Translations under genes and position numbers: made by a program
Part shown: positions 1 through 7,664 of the stretch, piece after piece
Layout: each line of letters begins with the position of its first letter
How positions within the stretch are numbered: the first letter of the stretch is position 1
The notes under the pieces: model-generated
Told to the model about the DNA's origin: nothing
Seen by the model: only the letters and a program-made list of their open reading frames with translations
The model's database searches: none
From: Candidatus Electronema sp. PJ
GTDB taxonomy: Bacteria > Desulfobacterota > Desulfobulbia > Desulfobulbales > Desulfobulbaceae
Reading direction: 5' to 3'
DNA: 24,000 nucleotides
NCBI RefSeq assembly: GCF_048287395.1
Contig: NZ_JBLWEO010000022.1
Span: forward strand, 641-24,640

Positions 1-91
1 CCTCATCTTCAACCGTTTCGACAAACTTGACCACATGTTTATGGGGTTCGTCGTTCTTGCTTTGATCGTGACAGCACTCAAACAGTGTTAA
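1..91 (+). CDS. 3' end of an unidentified, probably membrane, protein (partial; starts outside the window)
   Basis: The frame starting at nt 2 is open from the window edge. It reads LIFNRFDKLDHMFMGFVVLALIVTALKQC, then TAA at 89-91. The tail is hydrophobic. It is too short to name. Confidence 0.3.
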   Translation, partial: LIFNRFDKLDHMFMGFVVLALIVTALKQC

Positions 92-165
92 CAGGCCCTA
101 GCAGACTCTAACACCTATGTTTACCCTGCCGGAGCAAAAATCAAACACAGCTGTTTTTTCCTGCG

Positions 166-936
166 CTAGCTCTCAAGCGAAAGGAATTCCCGCAAAGTTG
201 CGCCCTGCTCTGCACTACGCATCAGGCTTTCCCCAATGAGGGCTGCCTTGACCCCAGCTGCTTTGAGGCGCAGCAAATCAGCCTTACTGGTAATGCCCGA
301 TTCGCTCACCACAGGTATCTCAGTTGGAATGAGCTGCTTCAGGCGAAAGGTGGTTGCCAAATCAAGGCTGAAATCCTTTAGATTACGATTGTTAATCCCC
401 ACCAGGTTTGCTCCGGCAGCCAGAGTGTGCTCAAGTTCTGCCTCATCATGCACCTCGATCAGCACATCAAGGCCGTGCTCCTCTGCCTGGAGCCTGAATT
501 CCTGCATCTGGCTTGTGGTCAGCAACGCAGCGATGAGCAGGATTGCATCCGCACCATAGATGGCGGCCTCCTCAATCTGGATCGGATCAAGAATGAAGTC
601 TTTGCGCAAGACAGGCAAGGCAACCGTGTTCCGCACTAAGGGGATATAGTGCAGAGCACCTTGAAAAAAGTCCACATCCGTCAATACGGACAGGGCATGA
701 GCACCACCCTCCTGGTAATTACGCGCAATTTGGCAGGGATCAAAGTTCGCGCAGAGCAAACCTTTTGAGGGCGAGGCCTTCTTGGCTTCCGCGATGATCG
801 CCACGCCTTCTGCCTGGAGCAAAGCCTGCCTGAAACCACGCGGCGGCGGCACAAGGAGGTCTGGATGACGAATGCCCTGTTGCTTCAGGGCAGCTATTTC
901 TTCCCGCTTACGCGCGGCGATAGTGTCAAGAATCAT
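166..936 (-). CDS. trpC: Indole-3-glycerol-phosphate synthase
   Basis: The 256-aa ORF resembles TrpC TIM-barrel proteins over its full length (IIAEAKKASPSKG, LRKDFILDPIQI, LIEVHDEAEL, GINNRNL, SESGI). ATG is at 936 and TAG at 166-168. Confidence 0.9.
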   Translation of the reverse strand: MILDTIAARKREEIAALKQQGIRHPDLLVPPPRGFRQALLQAEGVAIIAEAKKASPSKGLLCANFDPCQIARNYQEGGAHALSVLTDVDFFQGALHYIPLVRNTVALPVLRKDFILDPIQIEEAAIYGADAILLIAALLTTSQMQEFRLQAEEHGLDVLIEVHDEAELEHTLAAGANLVGINNRNLKDFSLDLATTFRLKQLIPTEIPVVSESGITSKADLLRLKAAGVKAALIGESLMRSAEQGATLREFLSLES

Positions 937-1184
937 GATGTTGGGCTTTTTTGCTCATTTTTCATCAAAACAAAGGGCAGACGCAGCATACCATGCGCCA
1001 TCTTTGACGGCAATCAGAAGACGCAGCCCTGCTCGGCTCAATTTTGCTTCAGCTTCAGCGCAAAGAAAAGAGAGAGCACCTCTTGCTTGAGGTGCGGCGG
1101 ATGTAATCACGTGCTCTTTGGTATCTTGCACAGTTTGCGGAAGTTCTCTGTAACTCTACCAGGGAAGAGGATTACTCGTTGACC

Positions 1185-1415
1185 AAGGAGTTTAGCTCGG
1201 CCAGAAAGGAGTTGTACTCAGTAAAAGAGGAGTTTTGCTTGGCCAAACTGCTTTCCTGTTAAGCCACAAAGGAGTTTGGCTCAGCCGTAAAGGAATCTTG
1301 CCGACTTGCAAAGGAGTTGGAGTCGGCCAAACTCCTTTTCTGCCGAGTAAGATTCCTTTCCAAGTCGGCAGAACTCCTCTTTTGCCGAGCCAAACTCCTT
1401 TGCCAGCTACCTTGC
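1185..1415. repeat. Family A 21-nt tandem repeat array, locus 1 (11 units)
   Basis: GGAG recurs at 1187, 1208, 1229, 1271, 1292(GGAA) and 1313, always in steps of 21 or 42 nt. The complementary ACTCC/ATTCC then recurs at 1331, 1352, 1373 and 1394 in the same register. The forward unit is about AAGGAGTTTGGCTCGGCCARA. The unit polarity order is F F F R F F F R R R R. Confidence 0.85.
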
Positions 1416-1443
1416 TCGCAGCCAGGAAGGATGATGCTTTGGG

Positions 1444-2583
1444 CTAATCAAGATGCTGCTGAAGCCAAGGGCGTAAGGCTGCTTCGATGCGGGCATGAGT
1501 GTTACTGGTGGGATGTCCGTCGCCCTTAATGATAAGTTCGGCTACCTTTTTCTCCTTAAAAGCCTGATGCATCATTGGTAAGAGCGAAAAGAAGGGTAAC
1601 TTTTTTTCTTTTGCCCATCTGGAAGCATGATGATCAACACTGTTGGCATAATTAAGGGCAGAGAGACCGCTCTTTGGTTGCACAGAGTGTACACTTAGAT
1701 GAGTTATGAGCAGTTTTACCTTGCGTTGTTGTAAATATGTCGCAAAGTAATTCAGATATTCTTGACTCATCTGCCAATATCTGTCAACTAAGGCCGAAGG
1801 AAGCGCAAATGGCCCTTTACCGACAGCGGCTTGAAATTCATTCGTCTGCTTGAGGGCTTTCTGATGATCGGCAATCAGCTGTTCCAAAGGGGAACGCAGG
1901 AGATTGCGCCGTAAACGAGTCAAACCCGCATAGAAATACGAAAGAGGTCTTCTGCTTTCAGCTGTAGGATAGAGAATTCGATCTGCATCATCAAGAGATG
2001 GAAAATGAAAATAGGCTAATTCCCTCTCACGATCTTCCCATAAATCATTTTCGTAAAGCATGAGAAGCACAGCATCGGGTTCTAAAGCGGCATAGCGTTC
2101 TGCATTGGCTGCATAGTAAACAGGACTTGCTCCTTGTACGCCTGCATTGACAACCTCCCAGTCAGCACGGCCAAGATGCGCACCTAAGAGATGGGTAAAT
2201 GTGTTGCTGAATTCGCTACCATGCCCTTCAACAATCGAATCCCCTACAACGAGAAGTCGTTTAACTGTTACTGGCTTGGGAAGGATGATTTCTGGGCCGC
2301 GAAATCCTCGGGAATTGATAACATACTGCACACGATAAGCTGATCGAGCCTGGATGTACGCTGCTTTTGGAATATGAAAATAAAAATACGGCTTTGTTTG
2401 AACGATATAGGGGTTGAATTGATACGGATCAATCGTCCGTGGCAGCGGAGGAGGAGGAATGAAGCGCGGAGTTACCAGGAAACGCATCACAATCTCCCCG
2501 GAAACGAGGAAGAATAGGAAGGGAATTATAACGGCTCCGGCAGAAAAGATCAGTTTTTCATGCCAGCACTTCCTGTTGCTCAT
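1444..2583 (-). CDS. Membrane-anchored SGNH/GDSL-family hydrolase
   Basis: Block I is VVGDSIVEGHGS and the C-terminal block V is GDGHPT (DxxH). An N-terminal TM helix is present (LIFSAGAVIIPFLFFLV). The ORF track starts at a TTG at 2622; I prefer the first ATG at 2583. Neither has a clear SD, so the start is uncertain. Confidence 0.7.
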   Translation of the reverse strand: MSNRKCWHEKLIFSAGAVIIPFLFFLVSGEIVMRFLVTPRFIPPPPLPRTIDPYQFNPYIVQTKPYFYFHIPKAAYIQARSAYRVQYVINSRGFRGPEIILPKPVTVKRLLVVGDSIVEGHGSEFSNTFTHLLGAHLGRADWEVVNAGVQGASPVYYAANAERYAALEPDAVLLMLYENDLWEDRERELAYFHFPSLDDADRILYPTAESRRPLSYFYAGLTRLRRNLLRSPLEQLIADHQKALKQTNEFQAAVGKGPFALPSALVDRYWQMSQEYLNYFATYLQQRKVKLLITHLSVHSVQPKSGLSALNYANSVDHHASRWAKEKKLPFFSLLPMMHQAFKEKKVAELIIKGDGHPTSNTHARIEAALRPWLQQHLD

Positions 2584-2631
2584 CTTGGGCGAATCAGTTG
2601 GGTTGATTGAAGCCGTTAGCAAGGCAACCAG

Positions 2632-2664
2632 AAAAGGAGAGCGGAACGCATCTGCTCTCCTTTT
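2632..2664 (-). terminator. Symmetric stem-loop downstream of the DUF2283 gene (likely intrinsic terminator)
   Basis: AAAAGGAGAGC (2632-2642) pairs perfectly with GCTCTCCTTTT (2654-2664) around an 11-nt loop. The A/T runs give a U-tract on either strand. Confidence 0.55.
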
Positions 2665-2686
2665 GCCTATCTGTCATGTCAGTCAT

Positions 2687-2899
2687 TTACGCCGCCATCG
2701 CCTCAAAGGCCACCTGCACCCGTTCTGACTCGGCAGTCTTGAAGTTCAGCTTCTCGAAGCCGATGACCCGTCCTTCCCGATCTTTCATCAGGATCACTTC
2801 ATCGCCCGTTTCTTCAGCAATGTATTCTTTCTGCGGGTCATCAAGCCAAACGGTCAGCGTGTTGCCGATCTTGTCAAAGTACACTTTCACTTGGGCCAT
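2687..2899 (-). CDS. DUF2283-family small protein (putative antitoxin-like partner)
   Basis: The 70-aa ORF MAQVKVYFDKIGNTLTVWLDD...GRVIGFEKLNF matches my memory of DUF2283. A strong SD (AAGGAAGGAG) lies 7 nt upstream of the ATG at 2899. Its first 13 nt overlap the upstream gene. Confidence 0.75.
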   Translation of the reverse strand: MAQVKVYFDKIGNTLTVWLDDPQKEYIAEETGDEVILMKDREGRVIGFEKLNFKTAESERVQVAFEAMAA

Positions 2900-3204
2900 A
2901 TCTTTACTCCTTCCTTGATTGCATCGGTCGGATACGTGGTGATGAGAAAGCCTTCCTCGTCAAGCTGTCTGGCTACGGCACAGACCCAGCGTCTTGCCTG
3001 CTTGGATTTATAAAACAGATACACATCGGAGTCGCTGCGGCTAACGCGAACCTCATCCGGGGATTCAAGCGTCTCTTGGACATCCTGCTCGCAGCCCGCC
3101 ATTACCGGGTGCTTGATGCTGACGATATACTCCCAATACGAGCGCGTGACTCGAACGGAGAAATTCAGCGGCGTGAGAACCTGAAACAGCAGTTCATCTG
3201 ACAT
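2887..3204 (-). CDS. Small conserved protein paired with DUF2283 (putative toxin-like, possibly DUF4258-like)
   Basis: The ORF-track ORF (151 aa) is trimmed to the internal ATG at 3204 (MSDELLFQVL...), giving 105 aa. The C-terminal FLITTYPTDAIKEGVKIWPK resembles small proteins I recall upstream of DUF2283 genes. The family assignment is from memory only. Confidence 0.55.
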   Translation of the reverse strand: MSDELLFQVLTPLNFSVRVTRSYWEYIVSIKHPVMAGCEQDVQETLESPDEVRVSRSDSDVYLFYKSKQARRWVCAVARQLDEEGFLITTYPTDAIKEGVKIWPK

Positions 3205-3294
3205 GGAAGACAGTTTCTTTATGAATGAAACAGCATAGTGCGCAAGAATCAGTATATCAGCAGCTCCTTCTCCTCGCAAGCAGGCAGGTTCGGA

Positions 3295-3330
3295 AATAGC
3301 AAAAGGGAGGGCAGATTTCCTGCCCTCCCC
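3295..3330 (-). terminator. Rho-independent terminator of dnaK
   Basis: On the minus strand, GGGAGGGCAG-GAAAT-CTGCCCTCCC is followed by TTTTGCTATTT. A second 7-bp hairpin (CACTGCA/TGCAGTG, 3340-3357) precedes it, directly after the dnaK stop. Confidence 0.75.
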
Positions 3331-3362
3331 CTTGTTCATCACTGCACAGTTGCAGTGAACGC

Positions 3363-5267
3363 CTACTTCACTTCCTCAAAATCCGCATCCACCACATCGT
3401 CATCATCCTTGCCCTTCTTGCCGCCAGCCGCACCTGCGTCAGCACCGGGCGCACCGCCCTGAGAAGCCTGCGCGTACATCAGCTCGGCCAGCTTGTGGGA
3501 AGCCTGGGTCAGCGACTCCGTGGCAGCCTTGATCGCCTCCGCGTCCTCGCTCTCCATCGCCTTCTTCACCTTGCTGATCTCGTTTTCCACATTGCCCTTG
3601 GTCGAGGCATCCACCTTGTCGCCCAAATCCTTCAGGCTCTTTTCGGCCATGTGGACCATCGAATCCGCATGATTGCGGGCCTCGATCACGGCCTTGCGCT
3701 TCTTGTCCTCGTCCGCGTGCAGCTCCGCGTCCTTCTTCATCTTCTCAATCTCCGCCTCGGTCAGGCCGGAAGAGGCGGTGATGCGAATAGACTGCTCCTT
3801 GTTCGTACCCAAGTCTTTGGCGGACACATGCAGAATGCCGTTCGCATCAAGGTCAAAGGTGACTTCGATCTGCGGCACACCGCGCGGCGCAGGCGGAATG
3901 TCATTCAGCTCAAAACGACCAATGGTCTTGTTGTTGGCAGCCATCTCCCGCTCGCCCTGAAGCACGTGGATGGACACGGCAGGCTGGCTGTCAGCGGCAG
4001 TGGACAAGACCTGGCTCTTCTTGGTCGGGACGGTGGTGTTCTTCTCGATCAGCTTGGTCATCACGCCGCCAAGGGTCTCGATGCCCAAGGACAGCGGGGT
4101 GACATCGAGCAGCAGCACGTCCTTCACATCGCCCTTGAGCACGCCGCCCTGAATCGCCGCGCCGACCGCAACCACCTCGTCCGGGTTCACGCCCTTGTGC
4201 GGCTCTTTGCCAAAGATCGCCTTCACCTTCTCCTGCACTTTCGGCATCCGGGTCATGCCGCCGACCAGAATCACTTCGTCAATCTTGGACGGATCGAGTC
4301 CGGCATCCTTGAGCGCGGTGCGGCAAGGGCCTTCGCAACGGTCGATCAGATCAGCGACCAAGGCTTCCAGCTTTGCGCGGGACATCTTGATGTTGAGATG
4401 CTTGGGGCCGGTTGCATCAGCAGTGATGAAGGGTAGGTTGATGTCGGTCTCCAAAGAGGAGGACAGCTCTTTCTTGGCCTTTTCCGCCTCTTCCTTCAGC
4501 CGCTGCAAGGCCATCTTGTCCGTGCGCAGGTCAATGCCGTTGTCGCGCTTGAACTCGTCAGCCAGCCAGTTGACAATACGCATGTCAAAGTCTTCACCGC
4601 CAAGGAAGGTGTCGCCGTTGGTGGATTTGACCTCGAACACGCCGTCGCCGATCTCCAGAATGGACACGTCAAAAGTGCCGCCGCCGAGGTCGAAGACTGC
4701 TACTGTCTCTTCGCCCTTTTTGTCCAAGCCATAAGCGAGGGCGGCGGCGGTCGGCTCGTTGATAATCCGCTGCACGTTGAGGCCAGCAATCTTGCCTGCG
4801 TCCTTGGTCGCTTGGCGCTGGGCATCGTTGAAGTAGGCTGGCACGGTTACGACCGCTTCGGTCACAGGCTCGCCCAGATATTCCTCAGCAGTCTTCTTCA
4901 TCTTGCCAAGAATCATCGCGGAAATCTCAGCCGCCGAGTAGTTCTTGCCTTCGACATTGACCATCGCGTCGCCGTTCGGGCCTTCAACAATGGCGAAGGG
5001 ACTGAGCTGGATGGACTTCTTCACCTCAGGATCAGAGAACTTGCGCCCGATCAGGCGCTTGATCGCAAACAAGGTGCGGGTGGGGTTGGTGACGGCCTGA
5101 CGCTTGGCGATCTGGCCGACCAGCCGCTCGCCGCTGTCGGGAAAAGCGACGATGGACGGGGTGGTGCGGTTACCTTCGCTGTTCTCGATCACCTTGGGGT
5201 CGCCGCCTTCCATGATCGCCACGCAGGAGTTGGTGGTTCCGAGGTCAATGCCGATGATTTTAGCCAT
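3363..5267 (-). CDS. dnaK: Molecular chaperone DnaK (Hsp70)
   Basis: The 634-aa ORF carries the canonical Hsp70 signatures ([28 protein letters not shown]). SD AAGGAGATATAT lies before the ATG at 5267. Confidence 0.98.
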   Translation of the reverse strand: MAKIIGIDLGTTNSCVAIMEGGDPKVIENSEGNRTTPSIVAFPDSGERLVGQIAKRQAVTNPTRTLFAIKRLIGRKFSDPEVKKSIQLSPFAIVEGPNGDAMVNVEGKNYSAAEISAMILGKMKKTAEEYLGEPVTEAVVTVPAYFNDAQRQATKDAGKIAGLNVQRIINEPTAAALAYGLDKKGEETVAVFDLGGGTFDVSILEIGDGVFEVKSTNGDTFLGGEDFDMRIVNWLADEFKRDNGIDLRTDKMALQRLKEEAEKAKKELSSSLETDINLPFITADATGPKHLNIKMSRAKLEALVADLIDRCEGPCRTALKDAGLDPSKIDEVILVGGMTRMPKVQEKVKAIFGKEPHKGVNPDEVVAVGAAIQGGVLKGDVKDVLLLDVTPLSLGIETLGGVMTKLIEKNTTVPTKKSQVLSTAADSQPAVSIHVLQGEREMAANNKTIGRFELNDIPPAPRGVPQIEVTFDLDANGILHVSAKDLGTNKEQSIRITASSGLTEAEIEKMKKDAELHADEDKKRKAVIEARNHADSMVHMAEKSLKDLGDKVDASTKGNVENEISKVKKAMESEDAEAIKAATESLTQASHKLAELMYAQASQGGAPGADAGAAGGKKGKDDDDVVDADFEEVK

Positions 5268-5390
5268 GATATATCTCCTTCAATATGTTGTCGTCTGAAC
5301 GGTTCAAAGCTGCCTGCCGCTCTCTACAATGTGCATGAAAATACCGCTGTCAAGGGGACTTGTTCAGCGGCAGCAAGAATTCTGGGCAGG

Positions 5391-6032
5391 CTATTCTGCT
5401 TTCGCCGGGCCGCTGGACACCACCACCTGCGCATGGCGCAGCACCTTGTCCTTGAAGGCGTAACCCTTGGCAAACTCCTTCACCACGTGGTTGGCCGGGA
5501 GTTCCTCGCTGGCTTCCATGGTCAAGGCATCCATCTGATCGGGATTAAACGGCTGGCCGACCGAAGACACCGGGGTTACACCGCAGCGTTCCAGCATGGT
5601 GTCGAGGCCCTTCTTAGTCAGCTCCACGCCTGCCAAGAGCGCGGCCAGCTTCTGCTCCGCATCGCCGCCCTCAACCTTGCCCTGCTCAATGGCCCGCTCT
5701 AAATTATCCGCTGTGTTAAGCAGTTCACGCAGGATGTTCTCGCCCGCATACTTGAGCAGCTTCTCCTTGTCGCGTTCCATCCGCTTGCGCGAGTTCTCGG
5801 CCTCAGCAGCAAAGCGCGTCACCTGATCGAGCTTGGCGCGGGTGTCTTCCAGCTCCTTGGTTAGGGCAGCAAGATCCGGCCCCTGCGCCTCTTCAGCAGC
5901 AGCCTCTTCCACAAGTTCAGCTGACTCGGCAGGAGCAGCTGCCGCTGCTTTGGCCTCCTGCACCTGCTCGCTAGCAGGCTGGGCCTGACTTTCCTCAGTC
6001 ATCTTATTTTCGTTTTTTTTCTCTTCAGCCAC
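5391..6032 (-). CDS. grpE: Nucleotide exchange factor GrpE
   Basis: The 213-aa ORF has an acidic N-terminal extension and a GrpE core (RFAAEAENSRKRMERDKE...FNPDQMDAL...GYAFKDKVLRHAQV). The start is GTG at 6032, with GGGAG 8 nt upstream. Confidence 0.93.
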   Translation of the reverse strand: MAEEKKNENKMTEESQAQPASEQVQEAKAAAAAPAESAELVEEAAAEEAQGPDLAALTKELEDTRAKLDQVTRFAAEAENSRKRMERDKEKLLKYAGENILRELLNTADNLERAIEQGKVEGGDAEQKLAALLAGVELTKKGLDTMLERCGVTPVSSVGQPFNPDQMDALTMEASEELPANHVVKEFAKGYAFKDKVLRHAQVVVSSGPAKAE

Positions 6033-6087
6033 GTATGTTCTCCCTCTCTTGAGCGATGTTCGTCATTGATGCAGCAAATCTGCGGCA

Positions 6088-6116
6088 ACGGTAAGCACAG
6101 GGGAGGGGTGTGTCAA
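6088..6116 (-). promoter_or_regulatory. Candidate sigma70-type promoter for grpE-dnaK
   Basis: On the minus strand, TTGACA (6116-6111) is followed by a 17-nt spacer and TACCGT (6093-6088), about 50 nt upstream of the grpE start. This is a pattern match only. Confidence 0.3.
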
Positions 6117-6182
6117 GGGAAGAACCTGCCAGCGAGAGATTACGGTTTTCAAGAGGAGCGGAAAAACCGATTGGCCAGCCAA

Positions 6183-7202
6183 TCAATTTTTCCTTTTCTG
6201 ATAGACGGACACTGCCCGATTATGCTCCTCTAAGGTGCGGGAGAATTGGTGGCTGCCATCGTTCTTAGAAACAAAGTACAGATAAGGCACTTCCGCCGGA
6301 TGCAGCACTGCCTCTAAAGCTGCTTTGCCGGGATTGCAGATTGGCCCGATAGGCAGGCCGCTGATCACATAGGTATTGTAGGGAGTTTCGGCTAATAGGT
6401 CAGCCTTAGTCAGATTACCGTTGAAATCCTTGATGCCATAGATGGTGGTTGGATCAGATTGTAGGCGCATTCCAATGCGAAGGCGGTTATAAAACACCCC
6501 GGCAATGGTCTTGCGCTCGCTGGCTGCGCCGGTCTCTTTTTCGACTATGGAGGCCAGGATAAGCAGCTGCTGGGGACTATATTTTGCCTCTTGTGCGCTG
6601 AGTTCGGTTGGGTTCAACTCTTTCCAGACCGCGAAAAAACGCCGGACCATGCTGGTAATCAGGATTTGCTCGTCTGTTTCGCCGCGCACCAGGCTGTAGG
6701 TTTCCGGGAAAAGATAGCCTTCGAGCGAGTCTGCTCGCACGCCCAGTTTGTTCAGGAACTTTTTGTCCTGGCAAAGCTGAAGAAACACGGCCCGATCCGC
6801 CCAACCCTGCTTGGCAAAGATGTCGGCAACCTGGGCCATCGTCAGCCCTTCAGGAATTGTCACCCGATACTGAACCGGTTTGGCGGTGTGCAGAAAGCGG
6901 ATCACCTGGAGCGGGGTTAGGCCGAGCGGGACGTGAAATTCACCTGCCCGCAACTTGGGCGGATTATCCCGTTCGATCTCCCGCAGCAGCCGCACTAAGG
7001 CCAAAAAGCGGAGGTCATCTTTGATCACCCCTTTTTCACCGAGCAGGGCCATGATTTGGCGGCTGCCTGCGCCTTTGGGCAGCACAACAAGCACCTCGCC
7101 GTGGCCGGGCAGGGGCTTGAAGACGTAATACGCCAACCAACCTGCGGCGAGCAAGCTGCTGCTCAGAAATAGTACGAAAAGGATGCGGAGAAGCGAACGC
7201 AT
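6183..7202 (-). CDS. mltG: Endolytic murein transglycosylase MltG (YceG-like)
   Basis: The 339-aa ORF has an N-terminal TM anchor and the YceG core (LASIVEKET, VFYNRL..GM.LQSDPT, YNTY...GLP.GPI.NPG). Confidence 0.9.
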   Translation of the reverse strand: MRSLLRILFVLFLSSSLLAAGWLAYYVFKPLPGHGEVLVVLPKGAGSRQIMALLGEKGVIKDDLRFLALVRLLREIERDNPPKLRAGEFHVPLGLTPLQVIRFLHTAKPVQYRVTIPEGLTMAQVADIFAKQGWADRAVFLQLCQDKKFLNKLGVRADSLEGYLFPETYSLVRGETDEQILITSMVRRFFAVWKELNPTELSAQEAKYSPQQLLILASIVEKETGAASERKTIAGVFYNRLRIGMRLQSDPTTIYGIKDFNGNLTKADLLAETPYNTYVISGLPIGPICNPGKAALEAVLHPAEVPYLYFVSKNDGSHQFSRTLEEHNRAVSVYQKRKN

Positions 7203-7289
7203 GAAGAGAACTCTGGCCTAAGTTGCAGTCAATAAACAGGGTTACGGTTTATAGTACAGCAAGCGGTCAGCCAGTTGAAGCGAAAAACG

Positions 7290-7646
7290 AATCTTCCGTA
7301 GTTGTTGGAAGAGCTTGGCAAGGAAGTAAGGCAGGAGTACAGCTCGTTTACAGAGGAGTTTTGCTTGGTAAGAAAGGAGTTGTACTCGGCAGAAGAGGAG
7401 TTTGGCCAAGCCGAACTCCTTTCCTAGTAAGCAACAAAGGAGTTTTGCCGACTCAAACTCCTTTCTGAGTCGGCAAAACTCCTCTGCGGCTTGGCCAAAC
7501 TGCTTTGGTAGTCGGCCAGACTCCTTTTCTGCCGAGCAAGATTCCTTTGCAAGTCGGCAAAACTCCTTTGCGGCCAAGCAGCAAAGAAGTCTTGCCGACT
7601 TCAACTCCTTGGCCAGCGAGTAAGAAAGGAGTCTGGAACGTACCCT
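7290..7646. repeat. Family A 21-nt tandem repeat array, locus 2 (about 17 units)
   Basis: The register is perfectly maintained. GGAG starts at 7334, 7355, 7376, 7397 and 7439. CTCC-type units start at 7416, 7458, 7479, 7521, 7563 and 7605. The array contains an 18-bp perfect hairpin (7438-7455 pairs with 7466-7483; the loop is AACTCCTTTC). Confidence 0.85.
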
Positions 7647-7664
7647 TTCTTGTTGACCGATCTT

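Noticed and set aside
141-160. A bidirectional terminator between the convergent partial gene and trpC (AAACA-CAGC-TGTTT followed by a T-run)
   Set aside because: The stem is only 5 bp and all A/T, which is too weak to call with any confidence.
933-1001. A small upstream ORF (MAHGMLRLPFVLMKNEQKSPTS) overlapping the trpC start, read as a trp attenuator leader peptide
   Set aside because: It contains no Trp codons, and I could identify no alternative terminator/antiterminator hairpins.
6033-6182. A sigma32 heat-shock promoter (CCCTTGAC ... CCCCTGTG) or a CIRCE operator upstream of grpE
   Set aside because: The spacing between the two boxes is about 8 nt, far shorter than the 13-17 nt of the consensus. 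No CIRCE inverted repeat is present. Only a low-confidence sigma70-like candidate is retained.
7242-7604. The 120-aa ORF and other ORFs through the repeat arrays (1235-1447, 1317-1529, 7402-7623, 15354-15623, 15461-15778, 15479-15757, 15657-15848) read as heptad-repeat proteins
   Set aside because: Several frames on both strands are open at once, which is what a 21-nt (7-codon) repeat lacking stop triplets produces. None has a convincing SD or start. The polarity switches argue for selection at the DNA/RNA level. This is not fully excluded without proteomics.
7290-7646. The family A arrays (also 1185-1415) and the family B array (15477-15875) read as CRISPR arrays
   Set aside because: The period is only 21 nt with no unique spacers between conserved repeats. 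Units are contiguous and change polarity within the array. No cas genes or leader are nearby.
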